Below are positions 18,947 to 28,511 of a DNA stretch of 64,000 bases, piece after piece. The number at the start of each line of letters is the position of its first letter. Positions within the stretch are counted from its first letter, which is position 1. The notes under the pieces were generated by a model that searched no databases, was not told the origin of the DNA, and saw only the letters and a list, made by a program, of their open reading frames with translations. Origin of the DNA: Terriglobia bacterium (GTDB taxonomy: Bacteria; Acidobacteriota; Terriglobia; Terriglobales; Acidobacteriaceae); the NCBI GenBank assembly GCA_963812835.1, contig CAWEWN010000001.1, positions 264,354 through 328,353 on the forward strand, given 5' to 3'. A program made the translations under genes and the position numbers.

Positions 18947-19984
18947 TCAGCCGGCGGCGATGGTGCCCTCTTCCACTCCGGCCTCACGCAAAAACTTTGC
19001 AGCTTCCTCGGGGGGCGTCGGGTTGATGTAGAAACCTGTTCCCCACTCGAAGCCGGCAGTCTTGGTCAGCTTGGGCATGAATTCTATATGCCAGTGATAG
19101 TGGTCGTTGTTCGGGTCCTGCACCGGCGAAGTGTGAATGACCAGGTTGTAAGGCGGGTTATCCAGCACGCGCTCTGCCTTGGTGAGCAGCGTCTTTACCG
19201 CCTTGGCCAGATTCTCGAACATGTGAGAGGAAGAGTTCTCGAATGCCGACTCGTGCTGTTTAGGCAGAATCCAGGTCTCAAACGGAAAACGCGGCGCATA
19301 CGGCGCGAGCGTAATGAAGTCAGCGTTCTCCGCGACCACTCGGGTGCCAGTCTCAATTTCCTGGCGAATCACATCGCAGAAGACGCAGCGCTCTTTGTAA
19401 ATGTAATACTGCTTCGCGCCTTCGATTTCTTCGCTCACATAAATCGGGAGAATGGGCAACGCGATCAGCTGCGAGTGCGCGTGTTCGAGCGACGCCCCGG
19501 CCGCCTCCCCGTGGTTCTTGAAAATTAAGATGTACTTGAAACGGCGGTCTTTCTTGAGATCAAGGATCCGGTCACGGAAGGTCCAGAGCACGTCCTCGAT
19601 CCGCTTGGGCGGAAGATTAGCCAGGCTGGCGTTGTGGTCGGGAGTCTCAATGATCACTTCGTGCGCGCCAATACCGTTCATGCGGTCGAACATGCCTTCG
19701 GCCTGGCGGTTCAAATTCCCTTCGATGCCGAGCGCTGGAAATTTGTTGGGAACAACCCGCACCGTCCAGCCCGGAGAATCGCGCTGTGGCGGAGGCCCGC
19801 CGTTAGGGTTCGGTCGGTAAGCCTGGATCTCAGGCGGAGTCTTGGATTCGTTGCCGTAACAAAAGGGACAGAAGCCGCCCCTGATCTTGACCGCCTCACG
19901 CGCAAAGTCTGTAGGACGCTTGGCCCGGTCGGTCGAGATAATGACCCAGCGGCCCACAATCGGATCTTTTCGAAGCTCAGGCAA
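18947..19984 (-). CDS. galT: galactose-1-phosphate uridylyltransferase-like HIT protein
   Basis: FCPFC Zn motif, HAHSQ active-site motif, HYHWHIEF. TTG start at 19984 preceded by GAAAGG. The longer ORF to 20275 overlaps yraN. Confidence 0.8.
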   Translation of the reverse strand: MPELRKDPIVGRWVIISTDRAKRPTDFAREAVKIRGGFCPFCYGNESKTPPEIQAYRPNPNGGPPPQRDSPGWTVRVVPNKFPALGIEGNLNRQAEGMFDRMNGIGAHEVIIETPDHNASLANLPPKRIEDVLWTFRDRILDLKKDRRFKYILIFKNHGEAAGASLEHAHSQLIALPILPIYVSEEIEGAKQYYIYKERCVFCDVIRQEIETGTRVVAENADFITLAPYAPRFPFETWILPKQHESAFENSSSHMFENLAKAVKTLLTKAERVLDNPPYNLVIHTSPVQDPNNDHYHWHIEFMPKLTKTAGFEWGTGFYINPTPPEEAAKFLREAGVEEGTIAAG

Positions 19985-20036
19985 TCGCCAAAACCTTTCT
20001 GTGCGGGAACATCCAGCGAACCGGTCTATTTTACCC

Positions 20037-20477
20037 TTAGACTGGAACGTTCCGGAACAGTTCGATCTGCGGCCGTCTCGATTGTTGGTCGTAGTAAACG
20101 CTGATGATTTCGAGGCGCCACGGACAGGAAGGCGGCATATGTCGAAGATATTCGCGGGCGACGGCAAGAAGGTCGCGGCGTTTCTCCCGATCCACTGCCG
20201 CTTCGGCAGGCTTAACGTCATGCGTGGTGCGGGTCTTGACCTCGACGAAGCACAGAACCTCGTTGTGCCATGCAATCAGGTCTATCTCGCCGCGACGATT
20301 GGGTGAGCGGAAATTGCGCGCTACCATCGTGTATCCACGTCTTCGAAGATAAAAGTATGCTGCCTCCTCGCCACGCCGACCGGTTAGCAGGTGCTTGGCG
20401 ACGTTGTCAGGCGGCAGGGTTCGGCTCGCAATCCAGTCAAGGACACGAATCGTGGCGTAAGTAAGGCGGCCGGACAT
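20037..20477 (-). CDS. yraN: YraN/UPF0102 family endonuclease-like protein
   Basis: GRRGEEAAYFYLRRRGY...GEIDLIAWHNEVLCFVEVKTR core. Confidence 0.8.
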   Translation of the reverse strand: MSGRLTYATIRVLDWIASRTLPPDNVAKHLLTGRRGEEAAYFYLRRRGYTMVARNFRSPNRRGEIDLIAWHNEVLCFVEVKTRTTHDVKPAEAAVDREKRRDLLAVAREYLRHMPPSCPWRLEIISVYYDQQSRRPQIELFRNVPV

Positions 20478-20721
20478 GAACTTGGTAGCGCCGGCCTCCC
20501 GCCGGCTCGATAGGCGGGCAGTAAGCCCGCCAGACCTCAGAGGCACAACGCAATTCGCACATTCTAGATTTGAACAACCGGCAAAAGATGTGACGGACGT
20601 CACAACGGAAGCATTTTTCTGACCCAGAGAGGAGGTCACAAGACAAGGCGGGAGTTTTTGGATGCCTTAGGACAAATCTTTCCCTGAGAGGGTCCTTACC
20701 AACAATCCCGTAGGCCGGGAA

Positions 20722-21444
20722 TTATTGATCTTCGCGGACGCGCAGCCAATCCAGGAACATCTGTTCAATCGGTTTGTCGTAGGTCATCAAGACATGCCGG
20801 ACAGTATGGCCACTGACGAAGTGGCAAACCTCCTCGGCGAGATTCTTGGCGTGGTCCCCGGCGCGCTCGAGCGATTGAGTCATGAAGATGACCTGCAAAC
20901 TGGCCTGGCGCTGCAGATTCTCGGGGTTTTCGATGTGACGAAGGAAAATGAGGTTCCGCAAGCGGTCAATCTCAGCGTCGGCCCGCAGTACGTCAACAGC
21001 TTTTTTGACGTCGCGGGTAGAGAAGGCCGAGCCCGCGTCGGCCAGCATTTTCTCTAGCACCGTAGCCATGTGGGTGAGGTCGCGAATGTCCTGCGGTTCG
21101 ATGCGGGCACAAACCGCCTGCGCGCTGCCGGCAAAGCTCAGGAGCAGATCACCAATGCGTTCCAGGCTGATCATGAACTTCATACAAGCCAGAAGTTCGC
21201 GGGCCTCGGCTTCGGTGACCTGGGTAATGATCTGAGTCACGCCGGCGTCGATTTCCATGTCCAGGCGGTCGAGTTCCTTCTCGCGCTCGCGAAGAGTGTT
21301 CAGCAACGGACTTGAGGCGGTGGCAATACCTTCAGCGGCGGTTGCGGCCGCTTCTTTAGCTACTCCGCAAGCTTCGATAGTGCGCTTCACCAGGTAGGCG
21401 TAGGGGGATTCCGGTTCCGGGCTTCTCAGAATAGCCGTACTCAT
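20722..21444 (-). CDS. phoU: PhoU-family phosphate signalling regulator
   Basis: Duplicated PhoU repeats ending LERIGDLL and LERAGDHAKN. Downstream of phoR. Confidence 0.75.
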   Translation of the reverse strand: MSTAILRSPEPESPYAYLVKRTIEACGVAKEAAATAAEGIATASSPLLNTLREREKELDRLDMEIDAGVTQIITQVTEAEARELLACMKFMISLERIGDLLLSFAGSAQAVCARIEPQDIRDLTHMATVLEKMLADAGSAFSTRDVKKAVDVLRADAEIDRLRNLIFLRHIENPENLQRQASLQVIFMTQSLERAGDHAKNLAEEVCHFVSGHTVRHVLMTYDKPIEQMFLDWLRVREDQ

Positions 21445-21663
21445 GCGCAGATTCCTTCCGGAAGCGGCCTGGACTGGCCGCACCAGATCCTGTCTCCGTA
21501 TACTTCTCCCGCTGATGTTATTGATGGCCAATACTGGAGCATAGGCCGTTTTTCTAAGGGTTTGGTTAACATATTGTAAATTAATGCGTTGGCGGTAATG
21601 CGCCTCCGACCACGCGGGGCCAGCGCCTATGGCGTCCGCCAGTCGAGGCCACCTTGCGGCGGC

Positions 21664-22983
21664 CTAAGCTAGCGGAAGCGTGAACAAAAAGATTGATCCG
21701 TGATTGAGTTCGCTCTGGGCGCGGATGATGCCACGATGGGCGAGCACGATGTGCTTGGCAATGGCCAGTCCCAGTCCGGTGCCCCCTGATTCGCGCGAAC
21801 GGGCTTTGTCGACCCGGTAGAAGCGCTCGAACAGCCGGGGCAGATGTTCGGAAGGAATGCCGGGACCGAAATCCTGCACATAAAATTCGACTCCTCCAGA
21901 GACGGGACGAGCTCCCAGCACAATCCGCCCCCCGGAATTAGCATATTTCAGCGCGTTGTCCACGAGGTTCGAGAAAACCTGATGGATGGCCTCGGGATCG
22001 GCTCCCACCTGGGCGGAAGCATGGTCTTCGACTTTCAACTCGACATTCTGTATCCGAGCGATTTCCTGGAAGCTCTGCACCGCTTCCTGCAGCAGCTCGG
22101 CAGCCGCGCTAGGTTGGATGTCAAAACGCTGCTCGCCCGATTCCACCCGGGCCAGGGTCAATAGATCCTCCGTCAACCGCGACATACGCAAGGCGCTCTT
22201 GCGGATGATCTCAAGAAAATCGCGGGAGTGATTGTTGTCCGGTGCACTGTCGAGCAAAGTCTCGGTGTAACCCTGAATGGAAGTCAGCGGCGTCCGCAGT
22301 TCGTGCGAGACGTTGGCGATAAAGTCGCGACGCGTCTTCTCCACTCGCTCGGTCTCGGTAAGGTCGCGCAGCACCGCCACGGCGCCGCCACCCGGCATGG
22401 GTGCAGCGGTGACATCGAACGTCCGTCCGGGAACGATGGACGCAGCCCGGGCAGTAAACACTCTGCGCGCCTCGCTTGCACCTCGCACCGCAGTCAGGAA
22501 GTCAGGATCGCGAACGGTCTCAACCAAAGGTGCATTTTTTCGCGTGCGTTGCGGCACTAGCTTATCCATGGTCTGATTGGCCCACTGCACGCGATCGTCG
22601 GCACTAACCGCGATAACGGCGTCCTGCATGCTATTGAGCAAGGTTTCAAGCTGATGCTGGCTGGTCTGCAACGCGGCAAAGCTTTCTTCCAGATGGCTCG
22701 CGGTTTTGTCGAGCGTGGTAGCAACCTGGCCGATTTCGTCTTGCGAAGGATCCTCGATGCGTGCCGTCAGATCCCCGGCAGCGATCCGGTCAGCGAAACT
22801 AACAATGCCCTGCAAACGCCGCGCCATGGAGCGGGCCGCGAGGCCGGACACGATGAGCGCCACGACGAACGCCAGCAGCGCGCCTTCCCAGGCATGATAG
22901 ACCGAAAAATCGAAGATCACCGTGGCTGCGGCAATCACCAGCGAAAACGCAGCCAACAATTTAATAAATATCCGTTTCCTCAC
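21664..22983 (-). CDS. phoR: sensor histidine kinase, PhoR-like
   Basis: TM-HAMP-PAS region, H-box SHELRTPLTSI, G-boxes DFGPGI and GTGLGLAI. Overlaps the phoB stop. Confidence 0.8.
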   Translation of the reverse strand: MRKRIFIKLLAAFSLVIAAATVIFDFSVYHAWEGALLAFVVALIVSGLAARSMARRLQGIVSFADRIAAGDLTARIEDPSQDEIGQVATTLDKTASHLEESFAALQTSQHQLETLLNSMQDAVIAVSADDRVQWANQTMDKLVPQRTRKNAPLVETVRDPDFLTAVRGASEARRVFTARAASIVPGRTFDVTAAPMPGGGAVAVLRDLTETERVEKTRRDFIANVSHELRTPLTSIQGYTETLLDSAPDNNHSRDFLEIIRKSALRMSRLTEDLLTLARVESGEQRFDIQPSAAAELLQEAVQSFQEIARIQNVELKVEDHASAQVGADPEAIHQVFSNLVDNALKYANSGGRIVLGARPVSGGVEFYVQDFGPGIPSEHLPRLFERFYRVDKARSRESGGTGLGLAIAKHIVLAHRGIIRAQSELNHGSIFLFTLPLA

Positions 22984-23672
22984 TTCGGGGCCTCGAAACG
23001 GTAGCCGGCCCCCCGCACCGTTTTCAGATAGCGCGGGTTCTCCGGATCGGGTTCGATTTTCTCTCGAATGCGGCGCACATAAACATCCACCGAACGCGGC
23101 GTAACGTACGCAGTGTCACGCCAGACTGAGTCGAGTAACTGGTCGCGAGTAAAGACCCGGCCAATGTGTCGGGCAAAATAGTCGAGCAGTCGGAATTCGG
23201 TAGCAGTCGTCGTCACCAGGCTTCCGCGCACCATCAGCGTCATGGCACTGGGATCGATCTCAATCTCACCAATCTTTACCGGCGCCTGCGACAGCGGCCG
23301 CTCGAAGCGGCGCAGCACAGCCTTGACCCGCGCCACCAGTTCGCGCGGGCTGAATGGTTTTGGAATGTAATCGTCGGCACCCAGTTCCAGGCCGAGAATG
23401 CGGTCAGCTTCTCCGCTCTTCGCGGTCAGAAAAATAACAGGCGTGGCCGCCAGCGCCGGAATCTGCCGAATCTGGCGGCACAGTTCGAGGCCGTCTTTGC
23501 CGGGAACCATGATGTCAAGAATGAAGAGGGCCGGCCGCTGCCGTTCAGACTCGGGGATGACGGTGTTCCCAGTGGCAAACACTTTCACCGCGAATCCGTC
23601 TGCTTCCAGATGGTGCCGCACCAGGCGGGAAATATCAGGATCGTCTTCGACCACAAAGATACTCGGTTTCAT
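22980..23672 (-). CDS. phoB: OmpR/PhoB-family response regulator
   Basis: Receiver VVEDDPDI...LDIMVPGKDG plus winged-helix C-terminus RGAGYRF. ATG at 23672. Confidence 0.85.
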   Translation of the reverse strand: MKPSIFVVEDDPDISRLVRHHLEADGFAVKVFATGNTVIPESERQRPALFILDIMVPGKDGLELCRQIRQIPALAATPVIFLTAKSGEADRILGLELGADDYIPKPFSPRELVARVKAVLRRFERPLSQAPVKIGEIEIDPSAMTLMVRGSLVTTTATEFRLLDYFARHIGRVFTRDQLLDSVWRDTAYVTPRSVDVYVRRIREKIEPDPENPRYLKTVRGAGYRFEAPK

Positions 23673-23743
23673 GGGGAGTATTGTAGCGGGCGAGCCTGTG
23701 GGACACCTAGTCTTGCCGACCAACTCACACGAACGGAAAGGGC

Positions 23744-23847
23744 GAGCCGCGAAGCGGCGGAAGAATGTAGCTCAGGGCGTAAGCCCTGGGTAAAAGGCGG
23801 CGTGATGAAGGCCTGAAAGGACGAAAGAGACCGCCGTGATCGAAGCC
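23744..23847. repeat. about 100-nt structured repeat (copy 2)
   Basis: GCCGC-GAA-GCGGC and CTCAGGGC-GTAA-GCCCTGGG hairpins. Aligns with 12402-12505 along its length. Confidence 0.75.
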
Positions 23848-25923
23848 TAAGGGATCTGGCCCGATCGATCGCTGTCCGAGCGACCATTCGAGGATGACTT
23901 GACTGCGACGATCAGATTACCGGCTCGATCTTTTTGGAAACTAACGCCCGGTGGAACCACCGTGGTTGCGCTGTACTCCGTGACTACCGCAGGCCCGGAA
24001 TATTTCCTGCCACTGACCAGAGAATCCCGGGATAGGACGACGGCAGCGACTTTTTTCCCGGAGAAAAACACCGGCGCACGTTCCGGCGACACCCTGCCGG
24101 GCTTTGCCCGGCCAGGACGGGCGGGGGCGCCCGTCCCCACGTGGCCTGCGGCGTGGTCCCCTTGATTGTGGACCGCAGGCGAAGTGTTACCAGTTCCACT
24201 TCGCGCGTCGGGTAGTTGTAGCCGTAGCGGCGCTGGTGCTCGCTGCGAAAATCCCGGATCATATTGTGCGTGTACGGGACATTCAATTCGTATCCCTGGC
24301 CTCGGTACCGGACATCCACGCTACGCTGGTGCTGGATCGTTCCTTTCCACTTCTCGTCGCGGAAATCCCTTTCGGCACGGCGCCGAAGCGTGGCAAACTC
24401 ACGTTCCAGCTGTGCGATGGGAACTTTCTCTCCAACTCGCCACAGCACGGTACGCGAATAGTCCTTTACCACATCACTGACGAGAATGCCAAAAGCAGAG
24501 AGAGCGCCAGGCAATGCCGGAACAATCACTCGCGGGATGCTGAGCGCCTCCGCCAGTTCGCAGGCATGAAGACCGCCCGCCCCGCCAAAGGCCACCAGCG
24601 CGAACTCTCGCGGATCGTATCCACGTTCGATGGAGACCACGCGTATGGCCTTCTCCATCGTCGCGTTGACGACACGGATAATTCCGGCAGCGAATTGTTC
24701 CGGCGCCAGCTTCGATCCGTTATGCTTCAGCCATTCGGCAACCAGGCGGCGCGTGCGCTCGAGATCCAGAGTGAAGTCTCCACCCAGAAAGCGCTGCGGC
24801 TGCAAGCGGCCGAGAAGCAGATTCGCATCCGTCACCGTAGGCTCGGTGCCGCGGCCGTAACAGATCGGACCGGGATCGGCGCCCGGCAGATTCAGGACCG
24901 ACCCGCAGAGCTCCGCCGGCGTCGAAGCGCGCGATGGAGCCTCCCCCGGCGCCTACGGTGTGTATGTCGAGCATCGGCACGCCGATGGGGAATCCTGCGA
25001 TCTCGGCCTGGTTGCTGGCGCGAGCTTCGCCATCCACCAACGCAACATCGGTGGAGGTACCACCCATATCGAATGAGATGATTCTTTCGAAGCCGCTGCG
25101 CCGCGCCATGGCAGCGGCACCCACTACTCCTCCGGCCGGTCCCGAGAGCACGGTACGCACCGGTTCGCGGACGGCAGAACTGAGGGCAGTGATTCCGCCG
25201 CTCGATTGCATGACGAAAATGCGGGCGCCGGCGCGACTTCGGCGATCGAGATTCTCGAGATAGCGCTGCATGACCGGCTGCAGGTAAGCATTCACCACAA
25301 CCGTGCTGGTGCGCTCGTATTCGCGGAACTCGGGAAAAATCTGGTGGGAGACCGACAGCGGCACGCCAAGCTCTTCCAGGGCATGGGCCACCGCATTCTC
25401 AGTTCTTCGGGTTGGCAAACGAAAACAGCAGCGAAATGGCAATGGCCTCAGGATGCTTCTGCTGAAGTCTTCTGTCAGAGATTGCAAGTCTTGTGGGGAA
25501 GGCACCTGAAGGACTTCGCCGTCGCTGGCGGTTCGTTCGTCCACGCCAAAGCGCAAATCCGCGGGAACCAGAGGTTCCACACGATCAAAGAAGAAATCGT
25601 AAAGCTTGGGCCGGGCCTGGCGGCCGATTTCGATGGCGTCTTCAAAACCGGAGGTAGTGACCAGAGCCACGCGCGCGCCCTTTGCGCTGCAACAGAGTAT
25701 TTGTGCCAACTGTGGTGCCATGCAGAAGGACGATGGATCTGGGCTGTCCGATCTTCTCCGTAACTTTGACGAGGGCTTCGACAATCGCCTGCGAGGGATC
25801 GGCCGGCGTAGAGAAGACCTTGAGCATGCGTACCTGACCGCGCTCCACCCAGACGCAGTCGGTGAAGGTGCCGCCGGTGTCGATGGCGATGTGGAGCGGT
25901 TGAGTTCGGGAGCGGGCTGGCAT
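23847..25923 (-). pseudogene. hydantoinase/oxoprolinase A-family protein, at least five indels
   Basis: IAIDTGGTFTD N-terminus. The protein continues through ORFs 25642..25953, 24720..25784, 23984..24835 and 23847..24140. An internal out-of-frame stretch KHPEAIAISLLFSFANPKN is readable only in another frame (about 25403-25455). Confidence 0.85.
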
Positions 25924-26021
25924 GAAGGTCAAAGCGGAAGGGTAACATCGCACGAAGGAGGCACGAGCGCGCGCAGCGGACGCGGGTCACGCGGTCGTTA
26001 TTCTTTTGGTAGGCTGATTTA

Positions 26022-27345
26022 ATGGCGAAAGAAGCAGCCAGCGAGGTGCTGTCGGTCGAGGGACGTGAAGTCCAGATAACGCATCCCGACAAACTGTATT
26101 TCTCGTCGCAGGCGCGTATCTCGAAACTCGATCTTGTGCGCTACTACCTGTCGGTCGCGCCGGGCGCGCTCGCCGGAATCCGGGACCGTCCGATTGTTCT
26201 CAAGCGTTTCGTCAACGGCGCCGAGGCCGAGGCCTTTTATCAAAAGCGTGCGCCGACCCAGCGGCCTTCCTGGTTGAGAACCGTCACGCTGTCATTCCCT
26301 TCGGGCCGAACCGCGGAGGAAATCGTCGTCGATGACGCGCCTGGGCTCGCCTGGATCGTCAATCTGGGTTGCATCGAACTGCATCCGCATCCGGTGCGCT
26401 CCGGCAATCTTGAGCATCCCGACGAATTGCGGATTGATCTCGATCCGGTCCCGGGCGTGAGTTGGGATGATGTGCGCCGCGTAGCTCTCGAAGTGCAGGC
26501 GCTGCTCAAGGACGTCGGACTTCGCGGCTGGCCCAAAACCAGCGGTTCACGCGGCATGCATATCAATGTGCGCATCGAACCGCGCTGGACGTTTACTGAA
26601 GTACGCCGCGCTGCCATCGCATTGTCTCGCGCTGTGGAGCGGCGTGCGCCCGCGCTGGCCAGTTCGAAATGGTGGAAAGAAGAGCGGCACGGCGTGTTCC
26701 TGGACTACAACCAGAATGCAAAGGACCGCACCACGTGCTCGGCGTATTCGGTCCGCCCGCTTCCTGACGCCCGTGTTTCGACGCCGTTGCACTGGCACGA
26801 GGTCCCTGACTGCAATCCCGCTGACTTCACGATTTTCACGGTACCGGAGCGCTTCGCGAAGATCGGCGATCCGCATGCCGACATGGATGCAGAGCCCGGA
26901 TCACTGGAAGGATTACTGGAGCTCGCGAAAAAAGACGAAGCCGCCGGTCTCGGCGACGCGCCCTGGCCTCCGCACTTTCGCAAGATGGAAGGGGAGGCGA
27001 CCGCGCGTCATGCCCTCTCGCGCCAAATCAGCTGCAAAGAAGCCGCCACGAGTGAAGATGCCGCTTATCGTGATTGCGAACTCTACCGACAAAGCGGCCG
27101 CACTTGCGGGACTGGAAAGATGGAAGAACAAATATTCCGAGATAGCCGCTCTTCTCGCCGCGGACGACGTGCTGGTCGACTCCATGCGAGGCCGATCTTC
27201 GACCTGGACCCGCATCCGGGTCAATCTGCGTCATGTGCCCGAAGCACAACGGCCGCCGCAGGAAACTCCCGACCCCGATGACGATCCCACGCGTGAATGG
27301 CGGGAATGGCGTAAGAAAAAGGCAAAGAAAAAAGAAATCGAGTAG
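26022..27345 (+). pseudogene. LigD-type primase-polymerase (PrimPol) with C-terminal extension, one extra base near 27000
   Basis: VEGREVQITHPDKLYF...YQKRAP...GSRGMHI PrimPol motifs. The C-terminus PLIVIANS...VLVDSMRGRSSTWTRIRVNL continues in ORF 26566..27345. Confidence 0.8.
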
Positions 27346-27360
27346 AGGCGAGCCGGGCAG

Positions 27361-28449
27361 CTAACGGCCGTGCGGAAAGATCTCTTCCAGTTCCTGCGGC
27401 GGAACCACTTCGAGCTGCGCGTAGGTGCAGTCGCTCGGCTTCTTGTCGGTCCGCCATCTGCGGAACTGCGACATGTGACGGAATCGGTCTCCCTGCATGT
27501 GCTCGTACGCAACCTCCACTACCAGTTCGGGTCGCAGCGGCTCCCATGACAAGTCCTTGCCTTGACTCCAACGGCTTTGGCCGCCCGGCATACGCTTGAC
27601 GCCGTCATCAGTCGCGGCTTCCGCCTCCGCCCAGGCTCTCCACGGATGATTTGCAAGCGCATCTTTGCGATACGGTTCGAGAAATTCCGCCAACTCCTTC
27701 CGCTTGGCAGCGCTGAAGCTCGCACAAACTCCAACGTGCTGCAAAGCACCGGCATCATCAAAGAGGCCCAGCAGCAGTGAGCCGATCAGGGTGCGATCAC
27801 CTTTTTTGTACCAGCGAAATCCTGCCACCACACAGTCGCAGTCGCGCTCATGCTTGACCTTGAGCATCACGCGTTTGTTTGGCTCGTAGGTTCCTGAAGT
27901 CGGTTTGGCGATGACGCCGTCAAGACCCGCGCCCTCAAAGCGGCGAAACCAGTCGGAGGCGACGCTGCGGTCGGTGGTTGCCGGCGTTAGATGAATGGGT
28001 GGCGGCGCCGATGAAAGCAGCGATTCCAGCTCGCGGCGGCGGATTTCAAACGGCTCGCCCCGAAGGTCGCGTTCGCCCAGGCAAAGCAGGTCGAAGAACA
28101 CGACTGAAGATGGAGTTTGTTGCGACAGAAGCTTCACCCGCGATGCGGCGGGATGAAGGCGCAGTTGAAGTGCATCGAAGTCGAGGCCATTGTCTTTGAC
28201 GATGACAATCTCTCCGTCAAGCACGCAGCGCGCAGGCAAGGCCGAGCGCAACGGATCCAGCAGATCAGGGAAGTAGCGGTTCAGCGGTTTTTCGTCTCGG
28301 CTCTGGATCAGGATCTCATCGCCATCGCGAAAGACGAGGGCGCGAAAGCCATCCCACTTCGGTTCGAAAATCCAATCGCCATCGGCTGGCAGTTCGCCTA
28401 CTCGCTTGGCCAGCATCGGCAACAGCGGCGGGTTCACGGGAAGTTGCAC
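27361..28449 (-). CDS. ligC: ATP-dependent DNA ligase (LigC-like, ligase domain only)
   Basis: EPKWDGFR adenylation motif (KxDG). About 360 aa with no polymerase or nuclease domain. Confidence 0.9.
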   Translation of the reverse strand: MQLPVNPPLLPMLAKRVGELPADGDWIFEPKWDGFRALVFRDGDEILIQSRDEKPLNRYFPDLLDPLRSALPARCVLDGEIVIVKDNGLDFDALQLRLHPAASRVKLLSQQTPSSVVFFDLLCLGERDLRGEPFEIRRRELESLLSSAPPPIHLTPATTDRSVASDWFRRFEGAGLDGVIAKPTSGTYEPNKRVMLKVKHERDCDCVVAGFRWYKKGDRTLIGSLLLGLFDDAGALQHVGVCASFSAAKRKELAEFLEPYRKDALANHPWRAWAEAEAATDDGVKRMPGGQSRWSQGKDLSWEPLRPELVVEVAYEHMQGDRFRHMSQFRRWRTDKKPSDCTYAQLEVVPPQELEEIFPHGR

Positions 28450-28511
28450 ACCTCATGGTATACCGCGCCATCATCTCGTGATTGCTGGGACCCTGAGTTC
28501 TTCCTCAATTT

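Noticed and set aside
18947-20275. 442-aa version of the GalT-like ORF
   Set aside because: The first approximately 97 codons overlap the yraN coding region and have no family similarity. A TTG with an upstream GAAAGG gives the canonical MPELRKDP N-terminus.
22980-23723. N-terminal extension of the PhoB-like regulator (and similar extensions of ORFs at 7354..8397, 20037..20639, 48917..50113, 52327..53220 and 61140..61901)
   Set aside because: In each case an internal ATG gives the canonical family N-terminus or signal peptide. The upstream codons are Arg/Pro-rich read-through of intergenic sequence.
26022-28449. Complete NHEJ (Ku + LigD) locus
   Set aside because: No Ku-like ORF is present in the window, and the ligase lacks fused polymerase and nuclease domains. 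It is described instead as a PrimPol/LigC-type pair.
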